This document shows positions 58,942 through 64,000 of a DNA stretch of 64,000 nt, one piece after another (positions within the stretch are counted from its first letter, which is position 1; each line of letters begins with the position of its first letter). Location of the stretch: NCBI GenBank assembly GCA_965199855.1, contig OZ241326.1:2944001-3008000 (forward strand), written 5' to 3'. The stretch is from a bacterium (GTDB lineage Bacteria > UBA8248). The translations under genes and the position numbers were made by a program. The notes below the pieces were generated by a model. That model was not told the origin of the DNA. It saw only the letters and a program-made list of their open reading frames with translations, and made no database searches.

Positions 58942-59984
58942 TGATCACGCGAGCCGAAGCGCCCGCGCCCAAATCCGTCTGGGTCTCCCCCTGGCCTTGG
59001 GGTCTCCTCTCGGCGGGCGCGCTCGCGCTCCTCATCCTGCGGACGCAGGCCGGACAGGAAGCCTCGGCCGACCGCCTCGCCTTCGAGCTCGAGCGAAACG
59101 CCGCCTTCATCCTGAAGAGCTTCTGGAGCATCGCGCCCTTCTTCCTGCTGAGCGTGGCAGTCTCGGCCTGGGTCACCGTCGCCGGATACGCCGAGAAGAT
59201 ACGGATCGTGTTCGACAGGCGCCAGGGGCTGGCCATCGCGGGCGCCTCGGCGGCGGGGGCGGCGGTTCCCTTCTGCTCCTGCGGCGTCATCCCCCTCATC
59301 GCCGCCCTGCTCGCGAGCGGCGTGCCCCTGGGGCCGGTGATGGCCTTCTGGATCAGCTCGCCCCTGATGAGCCCCGAAAAATTCATGCTCACGGCGGGCG
59401 TCCTCGGCGCCGACTACGCCCTCGCGCGGCTCGCCGCCGCGGTCGCCCTGGGAGCGGCGGCGGGCTTCGCCGCCTGGCTCATCGCGCGCGGCGGGGGACT
59501 CGAGGATCAGATTCGCGCCGCCGTCGCCCCGCCCGCGCGCGGGACGGACGGGGAGAGACGGGCGGGAGGAGCCTCCCTCGGCGCGTTCGCCGCCCAGATG
59601 AAGAGCGTGGGCCTCTATCTGTTCAAGTGGCTGGCGCTGGCCTTCTTTCTCGAGGCGCTCATCGTCCACTACGTGGATTCCGCCTGGATAGGCGCGGCGC
59701 TCGGCGCGGACAACCCCTGGTCGATTCTCCTGGCGAGCGCGGTGGGCATCCCGCTCTACACCTCGGGCATGGCCGCCATCCCCATCACCAAGGGGCTCAT
59801 CGCCTCCGGCATGGGCCCGGGCGCGGCCATGGCCTTTCTCATCGCGGGTCCCGTCACGTGCGTGCCCGCCATGGCCGGCGTGTGGGCGATCGTGAGGCGC
59901 AGGGCGTTCGCCATCTACCTGGGCGCGGGCGTCCTGGGGTCGCTCGCCGGAGGCTACGCCTTCCAGTTTCTCTCGCGCGCGTAA
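58938..59984 (+). CDS. DUF318/ArsP-like permease
   Basis: PFCSCGVIP, VMAFWISSPLM, GIPLY, GAAMAFLIAGP. Confidence 0.85.
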   Translation: MMITRAEAPAPKSVWVSPWPWGLLSAGALALLILRTQAGQEASADRLAFELERNAAFILKSFWSIAPFFLLSVAVSAWVTVAGYAEKIRIVFDRRQGLAIAGASAAGAAVPFCSCGVIPLIAALLASGVPLGPVMAFWISSPLMSPEKFMLTAGVLGADYALARLAAAVALGAAAGFAAWLIARGGGLEDQIRAAVAPPARGTDGERRAGGASLGAFAAQMKSVGLYLFKWLALAFFLEALIVHYVDSAWIGAALGADNPWSILLASAVGIPLYTSGMAAIPITKGLIASGMGPGAAMAFLIAGPVTCVPAMAGVWAIVRRRAFAIYLGAGVLGSLAGGYAFQFLSRA

Positions 59985-60100
59985 GGCCCGCCCAGGGCGC
60001 GGCGGCGGCGGCGGGAGCCCCGCCGCGCTCGACAGGAGGGGCGCCAGGCCCTACCCTCCCGGAAAGCCCGCGAGACGCCCCGCCCCCGGAGACCGCACCG

Positions 60101-60958
60101 ATGCCCATATCCCCCCACGCCCCCGAATACGCCGAACCCAGCCGGATGCGCCTCGGCTACGTCATCGCCACGCCCGAGGTGCGCTCGCCCCTGATGCCGG
60201 GGGCGCGCGGGGACTTCGCCGAGAACCTCGCCGCGCTCCGCGATATGGGCTACGAGACGATCGAGGCCGCCATGCGCGACCCCGACGACCCCGACGCCCG
60301 GGGGGTGGAGAAGGCGATCGCGCGCTCGGGGCTTTCCGTGGCGATGATAGGCTCCGCCCCCAGCGAGCTTCAGGACGGGGTGATGCTGTGCCACCCCGAC
60401 GCGGGCGCGCGCGAGGCGGGCGCCGCCCGGTTGCGCGCCCTCGTCGAGGCGGGGGCGCGGCTGGGCGCGATGGGCGTGAACATCGGCCGCTTTCGCGGAA
60501 CCTGCATCCCCGGCGAGCTCTGGGAGGCGTCGAACGGCTGGATGCGGGGCGCCCTGCGCGCGGGGGCGGACTTCGCCGCGCAGCGGGGGATGAAGCTCTA
60601 CGTCGAGCCCTACAACCGCTACGAGACGAACTTCATCAACACCGTCCGCCAGGGGATGGAATACGTGAAGGCCGAGAACCACCCGGGCCTCGCCCTGATG
60701 ATCGACAGCTGCTGGATGAACTCCGAGGACGCCTCCATTCCGGGGGCCGTATTCGCCGCCCGGGAGTGGATCGAATACGTCCACGTGGCCGATTCCACCC
60801 GGGGCTACCCCGGCTCCGGCCACATCCATTTCGGCGACTTCATCCGCGCCCTGCGCGAGATCGGCTACGAGGGCGTCCTCTCGGTGCAGATCGACCAGAA
60901 GCCCGCCTTCCGGGTCGCCGCCGAGCGCAGCGTCCGCCTCCTCAAGTGCTATCTGTAG
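60101..60958 (+). CDS. Sugar phosphate isomerase/epimerase (xylose isomerase-like TIM barrel)
   Basis: EPYNRYETNFINT, HVADS.R.YPGSGHI.F. Confidence 0.85.
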   Translation: MPISPHAPEYAEPSRMRLGYVIATPEVRSPLMPGARGDFAENLAALRDMGYETIEAAMRDPDDPDARGVEKAIARSGLSVAMIGSAPSELQDGVMLCHPDAGAREAGAARLRALVEAGARLGAMGVNIGRFRGTCIPGELWEASNGWMRGALRAGADFAAQRGMKLYVEPYNRYETNFINTVRQGMEYVKAENHPGLALMIDSCWMNSEDASIPGAVFAAREWIEYVHVADSTRGYPGSGHIHFGDFIRALREIGYEGVLSVQIDQKPAFRVAAERSVRLLKCYL

Positions 60959-61027
60959 GGGGGGCGACGACGCCTCACCAGCCCGCAGGCTTTGAAATCG
61001 TTGTCCCCGGAAGCCGGGCCGCTCCCT

Positions 61028-61480
61028 CTACCTCCCGCACTCGCCGCGGGCGAGCTGGGCGGAGATGTGGCCGGGAAACGCGGGAAACATCTCGATGACG
61101 CGCTTTCCCTTCTCCTCGCGCACGACGACGGCGTGGACGCGCCTCCCCGACAGGAAAAACCCGGTGAGGTGAAGGCCGCCGAAGCGCCGCCAGGTGAGAA
61201 TGAAGGGATATTCGACGGACTTCTCCTTGTTGAAGGGGCGCGTGATGCGCAGCGTCCCCTCCCCGCCGATGGGATAGGCCAGCTCCTTGAACGCGCCCTT
61301 CTTGCGCTCCACCAGCCACACGGCGAGATCGCGCTCGCCTTCGGGCAGGACGAGCCGCACGCTCTGCTCGACCACGAAGCCGTTCAGGATGGCGTAGCGC
61401 ACCCGGCAGTTCAGCGCCCCCTCCGCCTCCGCGCCGAACCACAGGGCGAGCGCGGCGAACGCGCAAGCGACGCGCCTCAT
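61028..61480 (-). CDS. Hypothetical exported protein
   Basis: Signal peptide MRRVACAFAALALWFGAEAEG; GAGG RBS. Confidence 0.6.
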   Translation of the reverse strand: MRRVACAFAALALWFGAEAEGALNCRVRYAILNGFVVEQSVRLVLPEGERDLAVWLVERKKGAFKELAYPIGGEGTLRITRPFNKEKSVEYPFILTWRRFGGLHLTGFFLSGRRVHAVVVREEKGKRVIEMFPAFPGHISAQLARGECGR

Positions 61481-61624
61481 CAGACAGCCCTCCGAAGCCG
61501 GGGGAAAGCCGCGCGGGACGGCGAACGCATTATGGAGGATTCGGGAGGGCGATTTCCAGCAGGGCGCGGAGAAGCCTCGACGAGCGGGCGGCGTCCGCGC
61601 TTCTGGAGAATCGCGGCGGGCGGC

Positions 61625-62302
61625 TCAGGCGCCCCGGTTCGGGTCCTCGCCGTCGGGTTCGGGGTATTCCTCCGGCCAGTGCGCCGCCATCGTCTCGTAG
61701 TAGGTCTTCACCTTCGCGCCGTCCAGGTGGAGGGATTTCCTGATCCTGTCCACCTCGCTCTGCTCCTCGAGGGGGATGCCGAGCGAATCCATGTAGCGGT
61801 TGAAGAGGTTGAACAGCCCGCTCACCATCGTGAGCTCGACGATTTCGGCCTCGGAGAAATGCCGGCGCACCTCCTCGAACACGTCCTCGCGCGAGCGCGC
61901 GGTGTTGAGCGTCACGTGCTCGGCCCAGAGGATGGCCGCCTTCTCGCGCGGGGTGAACAGGTCCGATTCCATGTAGTCCTCCGAGCCGATGGCCTCCATC
62001 TGCCCGGGGGTGATGCCCGCCGCTTGACCAAGCGCCGTGTTGTGCGCGTATCAGTAGGCGCACCCGTTGAGATGGCTCGTCTTGATGACCACCATCTCCT
62101 TGATCTTCGTCCCGAGCACGCTGCCCCCGCCCTCGCGCTGGAGGGTCGCCACGAAGGGCAGCATCGCCTTGGCGACGTGGGGGGTTCTGGCGAGCACCCG
62201 CATCGAATGCGGGACGCGGCCGAGCATGGCGGTGGTCGCCTCGTAGAAGCGGGACACGTCGGCGTCCGCCTCCTCGGGCTGAATCATTCGCACTCTGGAC
62301 AT
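61625..62302 (-). CDS. AhpD/carboxymuconolactone decarboxylase-family selenoprotein (CAYU; UGA at codon 84, 62051-62053)
   Basis: ORFs 62051..62302 and 61625..61999 are in frame and joined by one TGA: KEMVVIKTSHLNGCAY-U-YAHN. SECIS-like stem CGCTT-GGTC-AAGCG starts 16 nt after the UGA. C-terminal FTPREKAA..WA..VT, EIVELT, FNR. Confidence 0.88.
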
Positions 62303-62405
62303 ATTCGAGCCTCCCCTCTCGCGCGTCCCATGAGGGCATGGGCGCGGCGCTCATCCCGGGCCGCGCCCGCGGGCGATGCGGCCGGATTCCTTCGGACTTT
62401 CTTCA

Positions 62406-63008
62406 TTATGCCCCGCCCGCCTCCTCCTTCGCCAGCCACGCCCGGAACTCCGCGAGGGCGCGGCCGCGGTGGCTGACGCGGTTCTTGACCGCGAGCGGAA
62501 GCTCCGAGACGGCGCAGCCATGCTCCGGCAGATACATCAGGGGATCGTAGCCGAAGCCGCCCTCCCCGCGCGGGGCGCGCAGCACCTTCCCGTGAAGGGC
62601 GCCCTCGAAAAAGCGGAACCGGCCGTCGGGCCTCACGAAGGCCAGAACGCAGACGTAGCGCGCCCCGCGCCGCGCCTCCTCCACGCCGCGCAGCCGATCG
62701 AGCAGGAGCGCGTTTCGCTCCGCGTCGTCCAGCCCCTCTCCGCCGAAGCGCGCGGAGCGGACGCCCAGCTCGCCGGGGAGCGCCTCCACCTCCACGCCCG
62801 AATCATCGGCCAGGGCGGGCAGGCCGCCCGCGGCGCAGGCGGCGCGCGCCTTCAGGAGCGCGTTTTCGGCGTAGGTCGCGCCCGTCTCCTCCACCTCGAA
62901 GTCGAGGCCCGCCTCGTCCATCCCCGGAAGCTCGGCGCCCGTCCCCGCGAGGGCGGCGCGAACCTCGCGGATTTTTCCGGCGTTTCGGCTCGCCAGGACG
63001 ATTCTCAC
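62406..63008 (-). CDS. rdgB: dITP/XTP pyrophosphatase
   Basis: ASRNAGK, ETGATYAENALLKA, ADDSG, GFGYDP, KNRVSHR. Confidence 0.95.
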   Translation of the reverse strand: MRIVLASRNAGKIREVRAALAGTGAELPGMDEAGLDFEVEETGATYAENALLKARAACAAGGLPALADDSGVEVEALPGELGVRSARFGGEGLDDAERNALLLDRLRGVEEARRGARYVCVLAFVRPDGRFRFFEGALHGKVLRAPRGEGGFGYDPLMYLPEHGCAVSELPLAVKNRVSHRGRALAEFRAWLAKEEAGGA

Positions 63009-63736
63009 TTCGCCCCGACGCCCGCGGCCTGGACCTCCAGCAGTTCTCCGACGCCCTTCCGCGCCAGGGCGAGGAGGCGGTTCAGATCGCTCCCGCGAAA
63101 GGGCGCGCTCTCGGCCGTTCCCTGCACCTCCACGAAGCGGCCGCCGCCGGTCATCACGACGTTCATGTCCACCTCGGCGCGCGCGTCCTCGGCGTAGTCG
63201 AGGTCCAGCAGGGCGGCGCCGTCCACCACGCCGACGCTCACGGCGGCCACGGCCTCCCGGACGGGCGACTCGCCGATGCGCCCGGCCGCGAGCAGGGCGT
63301 TCGCCGCGCGCGCCAGCGCCGTCCAGCCCCCCGTGACGGCGGCGCACCGGGTGCCGCCGTCCGCCTGAATCACGTCGCAATCGACGTGAATCGTCAGCCC
63401 GTCCATTTTCGAGAGATCGACCGCCGCGCGCATCGATCGCCCGATGAGGCGCTGAATCTCCTGGCTGCGGCCTCCCCGCGCGCGCCTTCTGTCCACCCGC
63501 GAGGGCGAGCTTCCGGGCAGCATGGCGTATTCCGCCGTCACCCACCCCTCGCCCGAACCGCGCTTGTGGGGAGGAACGCCCTCCTCCACCGAGGCGGCGC
63601 ACAGCACCCGGGTGCGGCCCATGGAGATCAGGCAGCTTCCGGCGCACGTCTCTACGTAATCGGCCTCGATGCGGACTTTCCTGTTCTCGTCGGGAAGCCG
63701 CCCGTTCGCGCGCGCGCCGGCCGCTTTTCTCGCCAC
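63005..63736 (-). CDS. rph: Ribonuclease PH
   Basis: GWVTAEYAMLP, EIQRLIGRS, DCDVIQADGGTR, DLDY.ED, EVQGTAE. Confidence 0.96.
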   Translation of the reverse strand: MARKAAGARANGRLPDENRKVRIEADYVETCAGSCLISMGRTRVLCAASVEEGVPPHKRGSGEGWVTAEYAMLPGSSPSRVDRRRARGGRSQEIQRLIGRSMRAAVDLSKMDGLTIHVDCDVIQADGGTRCAAVTGGWTALARAANALLAAGRIGESPVREAVAAVSVGVVDGAALLDLDYAEDARAEVDMNVVMTGGGRFVEVQGTAESAPFRGSDLNRLLALARKGVGELLEVQAAGVGAK

Positions 63737-63957
63737 GCCATCCCCCGGGAAAAAACGGAAAATCACGATGAAGGCGGAGAATACCACGCGCGCGCGGCGC
63801 CCGAAACCGGGGGACGAGCGCCCGGCCGGCCTCGTCCGGGGCGTTCCGCTTTTATCCGTCCCGACGGGATTCGCGAACCCTGGCCCGGCCCGCCGGTTCA
63901 GGCGCGGCGCCTCGCGCCCGAAGCCCTCGTCAGGGGGAGCGCGCCGGCGCGGGGCGC

Positions 63958-64000
63958 CTAGCCGCCGATGGCGCTCATGGTGCGCTCCGGCTGGATGAAT
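63958..64000 (-). CDS. 3' end of an unidentified gene entering from the right edge
   Basis: ...FIQPERTMSAIGG* with host-like codon usage. Confidence 0.35.
   Translation of the reverse strand, partial: FIQPERTMSAIGG

Overview
GC-rich bacterial chromosomal window. It is mostly housekeeping and catabolic genes: nth, folD-xseA-xseB-ispA-dxs-tlyA, cysE-iscS-iscU, greA, hydantoinase/oxoprolinase A/B, maf, ispB-like, thiI, msrA, selD, comM, four tRNAs, rdgB-rph, and many acyl-CoA dehydrogenase, LLM and CoA-transferase genes. Unusual elements: (1) an autotransporter-like gene running off the left edge, with 19 perfect 8-bp repeats in frame ahead of its signal peptide (likely phase-variable; missed by the ORF track); (2) a 2.3-kb non-coding mosaic of REP-type palindromes containing a 96-bp spacer present in both orientations and an AT-rich core with phased direct repeats; (3) two UGA-recoded selenoproteins (SelD and an AhpD/CMD-family CxxU protein), both split in the ORF track; (4) a restriction-modification pair joining a HaeIII-like nuclease to a Dam-type amino-methyltransferase; (5) a ferredoxin-molybdoenzyme fusion with an atypical membrane partner; (6) a frameshifted small-protein/retropepsin pair; (7) a Cys-rich MarR plus DUF318/ArsP-like permease with a clear operator and a T12 tract. 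Family assignments come from motif recognition by eye, not database searches.
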